Origin: a virus
Lineage: Duplodnaviria; Caudoviricetes
Length of the DNA: 64,000 bases
Virus record (IMG/VR): IMGVR_UViG_3300028887_000067
Coordinates: 160,001-224,000 of that record
Strand: one strand, 5' to 3'
The notes beneath the pieces were generated by a model, which saw only the letters and a program-made list of their open reading frames with translations, had not been told where the DNA came from and did no database searches. Below are positions 29,001 to 37,400 of the stretch, one piece after another (position 1 is the stretch's first letter; every line of letters starts with the position of its first letter). The translations under genes were made by a program, and so were the position numbers.

Positions 29001-29694
29001 GACCGGACACATAATCAGAGAAATCGAGCGTTGCGTCGGTATTCGGATCAAAGTTCTTTGGAACCGCCGGATATTCATATGTACGGTATGGTTCGGTATT
29101 GCTGTTGTATTCGTCCCCAGGATAAATATCGCACCCCCTACCGTACATGTAGAGGTCGAACCGTTCGAGAGGCAGCTTGCCATAGGCCAGCTGCAGAGCC
29201 TCGTCATAGGTGAACGGGACGAATTCTTCCTGATAAGTCGGCTCCACGCCCTCTTCTTCGGGAACAATTTCACCGGCTGGGGCTCGATAGGCCAGGTTAA
29301 TCTTATTCAGCTCGCTGAAATATTGAGATGCGTACCATGCACGTTTGATGGCTTGGATCTTGTTGCCGTCATCCATAGTGCCGAGGGCGTGCTTCAACGG
29401 ACCGACGATGGACGAGAAATAGCCAGGAATGCCGAACTTCAGGTAGACCGTCTTTCCCTCGGCTTGAGCGCGTGCGATGTCCCACCATGTCGATGTTATG
29501 CCATCCAGTACGACCATGTTGCCACCGCCGACACCGGCTATCTGGCGTCCGCCGATGGTAATAATCTTGTCATCCTCGGATATACCCAGTTCGAGCGAAT
29601 TGCCATTTTTGTCTGACTTGGTACATTCGGCGAACAGCTTGTCATCGCCAAATCGGTCAATCATGGACGGAAGCTCGTTATTAATATCGCTCAT
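23098..29694 (-). CDS. Giant acidic virion/adhesin-like protein with internal domain repeats
   Basis: 2198 aa; duplicated ~170-aa N-terminal unit (AYRAPA...TLDFS); three beta-sandwich-like units (GKITSLKF...YxGxxNLLV); TATAAACT motif upstream at 29728-29735. Confidence 0.7.
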   Translation of the reverse strand: MSDINNELPSMIDRFGDDKLFAECTKSDKNGNSLELGISEDDKIITIGGRQIAGVGGGNMVVLDGITSTWWDIARAQAEGKTVYLKFGIPGYFSSIVGPLKHALGTMDDGNKIQAIKRAWYASQYFSELNKINLAYRAPAGEIVPEEEGVEPTYQEEFVPFTYDEALQLAYGKLPLERFDLYMYGRGCDIYPGDEYNSNTEPYRTYEYPAVPKNFDPNTDATLDFSDYVSGLDDPTTRDKAQMDYDRWIKDASAGGLLSITDLTGSSRPHVIKDYTSTDEYIRHLVGYYFDEIPETIVKKYSDRMNQFNMAYRAPANTIIPITEEPEYQTNYIPFEEGDAVKLITGQLTLEKFVVYYFADHYVDEFYNPETDPTLDFSEYNLPDLSDDSVRKAVEETYDEWVAENYEDMINDIYGQVLPSILGVLYDTLLPYEVDLDITLAGFLRVGIGLAYKRSMPFITPRYMAIGLPNTYAVDLSSFKDAGADLSTLEGVIETLGNITSGKLVDTLSGLGNGESGSGIGGILGGLIGGSEESDNSDVTIEPLNSGSLNKGGSVRLEATRDGDISDSGDDPSGDNDDDSNDNDNANPILDLLGIDQEQLAGVVAGISEATFGRDDDIFYLFAVGMDVNRRLSTIPGLEDILGPDTDIEFDRHKGFIVDVNGWNIFAPISGDAYTGIQLDTLIEYVEQIEDVIERLGDTIPGLEYIQGLIDAIGDLLGIGISVTRIKELLQLINNMTMSFSTVLNQRAVYHLVEKGWPVSLLKFDKDAKRLYSTQCLAKVAGATPSASVINVSNFSGLIGTAIAELLIRALGNYNVEMLVELVLGITSSVSSNTFNGADDAIKNAFEKYVPLYGLEWHGLTEIPMGAGVLDGLPHDLANIHVKAGITFRTDEDEDGGVTGSGVGGVFNRTKLSVEQIDTDFLRSYVKINEGTSFNEVYKAAVLGKGVLYENVPSVSAVVDVSSTETTDGEIKSASTEQDSGDTAMRSWELHGEVVPTVYDGKKAVQMRIGAGDGSTIDLVGVENTENVPEYVPIEGDTGPESETFDNRIFEYDGNNFSVAAQVYHSEDLTPGKITSLKFHCGPGTADDYVIQVVVKEISREFEEFPDEPISLSAFEDYFDWDIDDLIYSGVVRFLPYGTVKIPVTKINLLDDDAEPEQSAVEYSGYGNLLVVIISVKYDPTIVRSELPTFFYKTDGSYTNQRCSIIGGEQIQIPPDPEPNPTMTAQYGVANITFGYNEPYSVPKYELPITIGDKNSGRADDRIFGIEGKSYSVSYHIIKASDIKCAGKISSIKFYCDEGTECTREVYVYLKTLPAAVDYFPDNITLSMLASDPLVSWSDCVYYGKLNYVPKTTIDISINTLDDNTQTITPTTFEYNGEDNLLVVIEDGGNDAISGMAPEFYYTPSDSEDPHSSSLCVVSDSGYLDPCDPDNFATVGTLSLKDGAPTITLTFADGVRYDTTASEVPDEGSGNTGHYGPLPVNSTDAVWNASPVSESHMIYPAEYIQRGGLITGIRFYYSPYWDTSDYGYRSMTRHLKAYIRYTHYTAFTSKTDSVEPPTTSNLVFDGNVLFEARSKKNDLGEKHWLTLEFDEGVSFVYDGFHSLLVSVYDYGEAEEPPTEKPPYEIFSCSLMPDTKNIMSIGSKVKKDSDTNENVSVPFSYNCVPLCNFVFSEDESVNPEPEQITDTDPITPDWEANRVEGAEPVEWKIVATETRAVYVNTIEDAIKNYEWFAPQGIDVYLEYKVSEELRSASLNNDYITDINDFMPPWYPYFGGKTIRFKVVDASVKNESIFAIAESEELINSYSAPVNSTLQGRSSTSKAQTSSGPNLTVTVKYYLVAEIGLFATVLSYVPRLTMDAKNDEWYSDSSYYYRLLDPIYFYRNHFWAYSLQYTEDDFVGNYYETADLSAEFVFMALTKNMLTIDYKDDTTAYQLYENNADSSHEPTVSFTSFEIGRHGIERCSMAQIFLYSNNDNEEVEINNNTAALFETPYSIGLYTDAVEWPTPQSKSFDELITETLVSTYETIPNPGEGDPIEREYYAIAAEYDIDIRTNSVNVLNIENYTDSDPVTIEDGNVSATFVVGEAPVPPSGIPSNINEIYVHVEGDGTMSRVLPESKLYISNNKVGCFDNDGGNITILDSTNVPITIYLNDTEIGTISTGETYILELVGPTFELRKVANGGMFMEPPDLPESNSGDIVE

Positions 29695-29747
29695 AGGTGG
29701 CTCTCGGTTAAAACTACGTTTAATCGGAGTTTATATAATCAGCGATA

Positions 29748-30662
29748 TTAGAAGAATGCGCAGATGGCCGTAACAAAGCCACCGATGAAGAACGATGCGG
29801 CTACGGCGGCGACCTTCGCCACAATGCGCCCTGAGGCCACGTACCGCCCCAGCATCCTCGCCCGTTCCATGATGGCGTGACGCCCCTTGACGTGGTCGAA
29901 AAGGCCGTCCGAGCGGTCATGGGAACGATGGCCGACCTTCACCGAGTCTGTTATGGATATGTCCAGCCCAGCATATAGTGCATCCAGCCCCATCGCAACA
30001 TCCTCATATCCCCACCCATTGCCGAACGCCTCGGAGTCGAAGATACCTTCGTCGAGCCCGTAGACCTTTTTCTGGAAAATCCTGAGCTTGGCGAGGCCGT
30101 TGCGTGACATCCCGAAGTTGCAGCTCCAACCGATCATTCCCGTAAGCATGAGGTCGAGACGTTCCGAGAACGTCTTGGATGTATTCCAGGCTTCCACCGC
30201 GCCGGAGACAAGTCTCAAGTCCCGGTAGTCGATGGGGGCACCGGCCCACAGGTTGTCCATGTTGGCCGTTAGAAGGTCCGATGGTGGCATGGCGAGCGAT
30301 GACACATCATCGTGCCGGCGCGTACCGAATACCAGGTCATGGTTTTCCAATAGCGTCTCGTATTTGGCAAGAAAGTCGGGGGAATCCGGATAGCAGTCCC
30401 CGTCAATGAATACCAGCGCATCGTATCCGGAATCAAGGAAATGCTCGATTACGGAGTTGCGGTTACCGCAGCGACCCAGAAACTTCTTGAAATTGTTGAG
30501 CGGAATGACGTTCCCTTGGTCACCCGGAAGGTTCCAATACGGCTTGGCATCCGACATCACGTAGACCGCGGCTGGCCTGACCGTACCAGCATACAGCATA
30601 GCAATGGTCTCGCGCACCATCGAGTGCTGGTTGTGGTTAGGTATGGCGACTGCGATCCGCAC
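29748..30662 (-). CDS. Glycosyltransferase family 2 with C-terminal membrane anchor
   Basis: IAVAIPNHN, FIDGDC (DxD), WSCNFG, WGYED; hydrophobic C-terminus. Confidence 0.82.
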   Translation of the reverse strand: MRIAVAIPNHNQHSMVRETIAMLYAGTVRPAAVYVMSDAKPYWNLPGDQGNVIPLNNFKKFLGRCGNRNSVIEHFLDSGYDALVFIDGDCYPDSPDFLAKYETLLENHDLVFGTRRHDDVSSLAMPPSDLLTANMDNLWAGAPIDYRDLRLVSGAVEAWNTSKTFSERLDLMLTGMIGWSCNFGMSRNGLAKLRIFQKKVYGLDEGIFDSEAFGNGWGYEDVAMGLDALYAGLDISITDSVKVGHRSHDRSDGLFDHVKGRHAIMERARMLGRYVASGRIVAKVAAVAASFFIGGFVTAICAFF

Positions 30663-30663
30663 G

Positions 30664-31227
30664 TTAACCTCCGTTCACGGTGAACGTGTATGGCGTGTAG
30701 TTCACCGCTTGCATTGTAGTATCGTTTTCCCTTCTGTCGATTACTACCCACGAGCTGTCCGTACGTGACGAGGTCGGTTCATTGGTAGCGCATAGCGTCC
30801 AGGTTTTCGGATTTCTACCAGAATTGGATGCGGTGTCATTGGCCGTAGTTAGGGTGTAGTATGCGACAAGTTCTGGTGTTGCCGTGCGACATATCTGGTA
30901 TACGCCTTCAGACGGGAATGATGCACAGAACTTGGTGCTTGTATTACCGTCATATAGATTTTCGCCGCCCTCGGAATAGCTATATCCACCGGTTCCCGCT
31001 ACATATATGAGCGGTATCTTGTTACCACTGTTGTTATACAGTTCAAGTTCGGAGAGCTGCACAATGGAACCACTACGAATGGCGGTAATGTCCAGCTTGA
31101 AATAGGTATAACCGCTGCCAGCAGCGTACGCCGAAGCGGATATAACCCAATTAGCCGATGAGGTTGGAATATACCAAGTATTACCGGTTATGGTTCCCGT
31201 GCTGACCGTCACATCAGATGCACTCAT
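30664..31227 (-). CDS. F5/8 type C (discoidin/galactose-binding-like) domain; probable C-terminal part of the frameshifted upstream gene
   Basis: ENLYDGNTSTKF...YTLTTANDT...RNPKTWTL...WVVIDRR; the sequence upstream of its ATG continues the upstream protein's repeat in another frame. Confidence 0.65.
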   Translation of the reverse strand: MSASDVTVSTGTITGNTWYIPTSSANWVISASAYAAGSGYTYFKLDITAIRSGSIVQLSELELYNNSGNKIPLIYVAGTGGYSYSEGGENLYDGNTSTKFCASFPSEGVYQICRTATPELVAYYTLTTANDTASNSGRNPKTWTLCATNEPTSSRTDSSWVVIDRRENDTTMQAVNYTPYTFTVNGG

Positions 31228-34200
31228 ACCCGAAGCATACGTGCATGTAATCTGGGCGGTGTCCCCGGCGATACGTACTGGCGAGTGGGCGATATAGCCG
31301 TGATTACGTTAGTGTCTAGCAAGCTGGCATTGACCTGTACCTTGGCCGGGTTTATTGTTACCGTTACATCCGATTGTATGTCTGATACAACAATTGCTCC
31401 GTTAACGAGTGTTCCGCCACTGATTGAAATAGTCGAGCTATCGGCCCCCTCAGTAAACGTAATCGGTACAGTGACCGAGTTACCTTCTGTGGTCGATATG
31501 TGAGTTGTTCTCGGAGATACCCACGTGCAGTTGGTTTCAATCGAGACAGTATAAACCGGACTGTCGGTTTTGCACGTCAGATTTGTGACCATACAAAACT
31601 GACTGGTGTAACCTGTACCATAGCGTAGTGTATTACTATCGGCTGGGTCATATGCACTTGAATTATATTTAGAAATAAATCTGCTATTACCGGCAACCTG
31701 ATATCCATATACTCGAGCGTCCGTACTTAGACCTGTGCCGGTCTTGTCGTTAATTGTAACCAGCAAATTATTTACGCCGTTGTAGTTGAATGGAGTATCC
31801 AAGGGTATTTCAAGCCAGCCAATTTGGGACATATTTATCGTTCCGCTAAATACTTTATTGCCTGCTGGTTGAGTAATCATATCGGATGCACTTGCATACG
31901 ATGAAACATTTGTATAACCTAGATATACATCAACGTTGCGGTTGCCGCTGGATACATAGGACACGTACAGCGATAATTTTGTTATCGGGCCAGCCATATT
32001 CACTTCGTTTGCAAGTATAATTTGCTGTTTTATCGCATATTGACGACTTACTTGGGCATAAATATACAGAGAATGTATAACTGGGCCGAAACCCACACCA
32101 ATAGTGGTTTCGCTTCTATCGACTGGCTTGTTACTGAGTATCATTTTCCAGTATGTTCGATAGTTACTACGGGTGCCAGTGGTCAAGCTAAGGTTTTCCG
32201 GTGTGTACGGGTCATTGTTATTGCTGGCATACAACACCTTATTAGAACTAGATGAAATCGTCGAGAAATAAATTCCCGCCAAGGATTCCCCGGAGTTGTC
32301 AATTAATGCTATGAGTAAATAGTCTGAACCGTTGTATACAAATGGCTTATTTAATTGCATTTCAAACCATCCGGTTGCACCGATATATATCAGTCCACTA
32401 TATACTTTATCATCGTCGGATGGGATTATCCAGCTAGTTGTTGAGCTAAACTGCGTCTTATTTGTATGTTTTATATATAAATCGACACATCTGATTGTAG
32501 GTGATGAAGATGAATATTGAGGCACCTTAAACGAAACCGATTTAATTGTGGCTGCGGTTCCAATTTCGTTTGCGGTAATTATTTGTTCGCAAGCAGTATA
32601 GTAGTATCCATTTCTTATTGGATAATACCCTGTTGAACTAGATTCATTGCCAATAGTTATTTCTCTATTGTCGTATACATCTTCAATTTTCGGGTAGATA
32701 TACCATACATCGCTTGGTACTAAGTAAGACATTGTACTGTCGTCGAAACTGCCGCCTGGTACAGTCACGTCTTCATCGCCATATCCGTCAGCATAAGTGA
32801 CCGTGAAGGTTGCCGTATCACCAGAAACTCCATATATAACGCTTGGCGTAATTGCGATAACCCTGTCAGTCGAGGAAATATCTGGTATAATTTGCACCTT
32901 CGTTGGGCTAATCACGACGTTGACGTTGGATTGGATGTTAGTTATGACGATCGCACCGTTGACTAGTGTTCCGCCGCTTACTGAAATGGTGGAGAAATCT
33001 GCGCCATTACTAAGGGTAACCGGTATACTGATTGTGTCGCCAAGCCTTGCAATGGTGCTGTCTATTTCTGTAGATGCCCACGGACATGCGGAACTGTCGA
33101 TGGTGATTGTATATAATCGTTCGCCAGAAATAACCATTTTTAGCTGGTTTTTGGAGGTTGTTATCGATCCACCATACGTAGCCGCGGATTCTGGGGAATA
33201 ATTGGTATTATCATTGTATATATACAACGTAGAACCATTGCTTCCGTCAAACGTGGCAAAGTATCCGGAACTGGTGTACGAACCCGTATTATCATCAACC
33301 ATTATAAGGAGATTACTATGTCCATCGTACTCGAATGGTGTTGTCAATGTTAATTCATGCCAACCGGTCGTACCGCAATATATGGTTCCACTAAATACTT
33401 TGTCGGAGTCGCTCATGGATACCCAGTCGTTATAGCTGCTAAATGCGGTTTTATTGGTATGGGCCATGTAGATGTCAATAGTACGAGTCGATGAATCCGG
33501 TGTAACAATATAGAAGGCAATCGTTTTAATTGTTCCAATCGCACCAATTTCAGCCGCTTCGTATAACTGCTCGGTAAGTGAATACTTATAATACGTATTA
33601 AGTGGTATGTCACTTCTGGATGATTCCCCGGAACCAATTAATACCTCGATATTGGAGACATTGTCCGTAATGGCCGGACGTATCGACCAGGTATCAACCG
33701 GTACTATATATGTTAATACATTGCCATTGAATGTGCCGTTGTCCACCTTGACATCATCCGCCCCGCACCCTTCCGCATAGGTCACAATAAATTCAGTAGT
33801 CGCACCTGGCGTGGCATATGCTACGCTAGGAACAATCGCAATTATTGACTCGGTATTTGACAAGTCTGGCATAACCTGTACCTTGACCGGACTGATTGTC
33901 ACGTTGATATCGGATTGGACATCGGCGATGACGATGGCATTATTGGATAGTACGCCGCCAGTCACAGAGATCGTAGATTCGTCTGCGCCGTCGATAAGTG
34001 TCACTGGGATGGTAGCCGTATGACCCTCGAATCCGTAGTAACTCTCCGATTCGGTAGACGCCCAGTCACACAATGACTCGACGGAAATCACATACGGTTC
34101 TTTTGCCGGGACTAGCGTAACTTCAACATCACTTGTGACATTCTCCACCGTCACCCCAGCCTCGCTGACTGTACCACCGATAGCGCCGACATAGGTGTAG

Positions 34201-34409
34201 TCGGCTCCCATGGTGAGTACGAGAGGGACGGTTACTGAGCCCCCATCGTATACGTGTACGGAAGATACGCTCGCTTCTGCCCATTCGCAATTCGACACGA
34301 ATGTGACCGTGTGTGACGGTGGGTGCTTCCTGAGCAGCATTCCGTTCTTCTTGTCCCCGATGCGGATACGTCTACCGCGCGGCGTGGTGATATACGGCTG
34401 GTCGGACAT
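31224..34409 (-). CDS. Repeat-containing adhesin/tail-associated protein (frameshifted near its end)
   Basis: Alternating Ig-like linkers (CxWAS...IPVT...GG.L.N.AIV) and three domains such as PLNTYYKYSLTEQLY...FEYDGHSNLL; AT-richer than the flanks. Confidence 0.7.
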   Translation of the reverse strand: MSDQPYITTPRGRRIRIGDKKNGMLLRKHPPSHTVTFVSNCEWAEASVSSVHVYDGGSVTVPLVLTMGADYTYVGAIGGTVSEAGVTVENVTSDVEVTLVPAKEPYVISVESLCDWASTESESYYGFEGHTATIPVTLIDGADESTISVTGGVLSNNAIVIADVQSDINVTISPVKVQVMPDLSNTESIIAIVPSVAYATPGATTEFIVTYAEGCGADDVKVDNGTFNGNVLTYIVPVDTWSIRPAITDNVSNIEVLIGSGESSRSDIPLNTYYKYSLTEQLYEAAEIGAIGTIKTIAFYIVTPDSSTRTIDIYMAHTNKTAFSSYNDWVSMSDSDKVFSGTIYCGTTGWHELTLTTPFEYDGHSNLLIMVDDNTGSYTSSGYFATFDGSNGSTLYIYNDNTNYSPESAATYGGSITTSKNQLKMVISGERLYTITIDSSACPWASTEIDSTIARLGDTISIPVTLSNGADFSTISVSGGTLVNGAIVITNIQSNVNVVISPTKVQIIPDISSTDRVIAITPSVIYGVSGDTATFTVTYADGYGDEDVTVPGGSFDDSTMSYLVPSDVWYIYPKIEDVYDNREITIGNESSSTGYYPIRNGYYYTACEQIITANEIGTAATIKSVSFKVPQYSSSSPTIRCVDLYIKHTNKTQFSSTTSWIIPSDDDKVYSGLIYIGATGWFEMQLNKPFVYNGSDYLLIALIDNSGESLAGIYFSTISSSSNKVLYASNNNDPYTPENLSLTTGTRSNYRTYWKMILSNKPVDRSETTIGVGFGPVIHSLYIYAQVSRQYAIKQQIILANEVNMAGPITKLSLYVSYVSSGNRNVDVYLGYTNVSSYASASDMITQPAGNKVFSGTINMSQIGWLEIPLDTPFNYNGVNNLLVTINDKTGTGLSTDARVYGYQVAGNSRFISKYNSSAYDPADSNTLRYGTGYTSQFCMVTNLTCKTDSPVYTVSIETNCTWVSPRTTHISTTEGNSVTVPITFTEGADSSTISISGGTLVNGAIVVSDIQSDVTVTINPAKVQVNASLLDTNVITAISPTRQYVSPGTPPRLHARMLRV

Positions 34410-34422
34410 CAGATATCCTCCA

Positions 34423-37400
34423 TTACTCTGGGCTATACATGCCCACTTCCACCCACTTGACCTTGCGTTCGACCGGATCCCATTCGAGGACGTGCCGGCG
34501 TTCCGGATTGGTCGGCGGTTTGATAGATATGGTCACGCCATTGGAGTCTTCTATGATGCTGATACCATCTCCTTCGGTCAACGAAGCGTCATCCTCACTG
34601 GAGACGAACCGGCGAGCCTCAATAGTACCGTCCGCATACACGGTGAACGCATTTGAGCGCTTGATGTACTGTTCGTCTTGCCACATCAGATCGTCACGTT
34701 CGCTATAGCCATTGCCGATAATGAACAGTGCTTTGTTTCTATCTGGGGATGGAATTTCTTTCCACAGGGATTCATCCCACGGGGTACCAGCTTCAATGTC
34801 ATCCTGTGCTTCGTAGAATTTTCCAATCTTTCCACTAGCGTCTTGCTTGTACACTACATCGGAACGGTCATACGAATCTTCTTGGTGGTAAAATTCCTTG
34901 ATACGAGCCGGACCGGGTTTCGGAGCATTGTACTTGCCGAGAACGGTCTGCCACTGGTCGGACACGAGCTGGGTACCGATAGCGACCGAGTTGTGTCCGT
35001 ATGCGACGATGCCGTTACCCATGAGCACCTGGTTGCTTCCATTTTCGGCCCAGTTGTCATTACCTTGGATAAAAGAATTGCTCAAGCAGAATGGTTCACC
35101 GGACTTGTTAATATCGAACAGAGTATTAACTATCCTGTTGTTGGAACCAAAAATTGTATGGCCGACGTTGAACGAACCGATGTGGTTTTGCTGGCCGACC
35201 ACGAAGGCACGGTCGATAAGGTATCCCATATCGCAATCAATGTGCTTGTCCGGCTGGCGATATTTCGGCAGATAGTAAACGTAGTAATCCCATGGCTCGG
35301 CGTAGAAATGATTTTCTGTCCAGGCGGTGATATAGTCTCCAAGCGCCTGGTCATACTCATACATGTTATCGCCGTCATCATTGTAGTATTCGTCATGTAC
35401 GTCATATCGCTGATCCGGCATGACGTTCAGACGTTTTGTATTGAAATCGTAATAATCTGGTATGAATTTATAGATTTTGCCGGCAAACACTCGCCACTTG
35501 ACGGTATATATCTCCCCGTCTACCTCATATTGATTGACTTCACCAAACCAGTATAGATTCACTTCGCCGGTTTCCGTCGCAATGAAGTATTTGGGGTAGG
35601 ACGACTGGTTCGACAATGCATACGAACGCTGATAGTTGATAATCTGCTCGACACTGAGACGAACCGGATCGACGCCAGACAGGTCGTTTTCTCGCCCGGT
35701 CACCGTCGAGTCCATGATGGCTACGCCACACAAGTAGTTGCGTCGCCCAGATATAGTATTCCCACAGAACTCGTCGCCATCCGCGCCGTACAAATTGTAT
35801 ACCTTGTTCTCGGAACCAGAAATGGTCAAGTGCGGAATACGAACTACTCCACCGCCGTCCGCATTGTTCACCAGGTTCCTATTGCCGTGGATGTTTGCAT
35901 AGTCAACGCCGTTCACAACGTTGTTTTCACCGGTAACGAACGAGCAATTCGCATCACCGACGAAGTTATCGCCGAAGTTCACGGTAGCCCTGGAGTTCAC
36001 CATCCATGCGTCGAGTGTAAAGTAATAAGGTAAATCCAGTGTCATGGCATCCATGATATCCGGAATGTACTCCCTGATATCGGTATAATACCAGTCGTCC
36101 GAGTTGCAATCAGCATTTTCGCTGTGGGAGAAGCACCCAAGCAACCCTTCGCCATATGCACCAAACAGAACCGTATTTTTGGCATAATCCCAGCCATTTC
36201 CCCAATATGGGTTGTCATTTTTTGCTTCAACGGTTTCGTTGCTGGATGTTTTTAGGTAGGCTCCGTTCATCAGTACATTTTTCGATACCGATGGTGCGCT
36301 GGACTCAATTTCCTCGTTGTTCGTTACATGTAACATCGATCCTTGCATCAGCACGTTATTGTCGATGGAATACGACGTGTACACTTCTGCGTCGATGATA
36401 GACCCAATTACCAAGTTTCCGGCAGCTGTACGGTTTGGTGGATATGAATTATCATCCTGGTAATCATCACCCCAGAACCAGTTTACTGAATTGATGAATA
36501 TGTTGTCAGTTACGCTACTAAACCATTCGGCATCAACTCTCGCATGTAGTATCGTGTTTCGATCAAACGCATTACTGACATCGATATATGTTGGATAAGT
36601 GGAATATTGGTCCCACGGAGTGTTATGCAACGGATCAATCAGGGTGTTATCGTTTGCCGAAGGTGCGCATATCGAAGTGGTGTAGCTGTTATATCCAGCT
36701 GGCGACATCATGACTATGTTGCGCGAATATGCGCCATACCCATCTTCGGTTGTGCCGAACTCGATACGGGCACCGACCATCATGTTGTCAGTCAATACAC
36801 TCGAACCGGCATATTTTGATTTCTTGTCGGTTTCCGTATCGTAATCCACTTCGGATGCAACCAGGAAGTTTCGAGCGCAGTACGGGTCGGTTTCACCGAT
36901 GCCATAGGCATTCAACTTGGATTCGATTATGCCCATATTAGCCGTACCGGTAATGTACGAGCTCATCATCGAGACGTTGCGGTACCCGCCGGCATAAGAG
37001 TGATGAATGGCCAGGTTCTCACCGCCATTCGCCATCGAGTTGAAGCCCAGTGCGATGTCGTAGTTGCGACCGACCACGTTGCAGTTACCGATTGCAAGAC
37101 CGAATCCGTCATCGTCGGTATTCTCGGATTTGCCGTGTGAGTCAACAGGTGCCAAAGAACGGTTGTATGCGCCCAGCAAGATGGAGTTGTGATGGTATGA
37201 CTCGTTGCCAACACCCATCAGGATGGAGTTGCACCATACGCCGGCTTTCCTAAACGGTATACGGATAATCCGATCAAGCCGGTAGTTTTCTGCCGATTTT
37301 CTAAAGTATTCTATCGCGGCGGCATAGTAGAAGAATGTCTTCGCTTGGGTTGCGTCAGTGAATGTGGACTCATCAAGCGACGGGCTCCAATAATACATCA

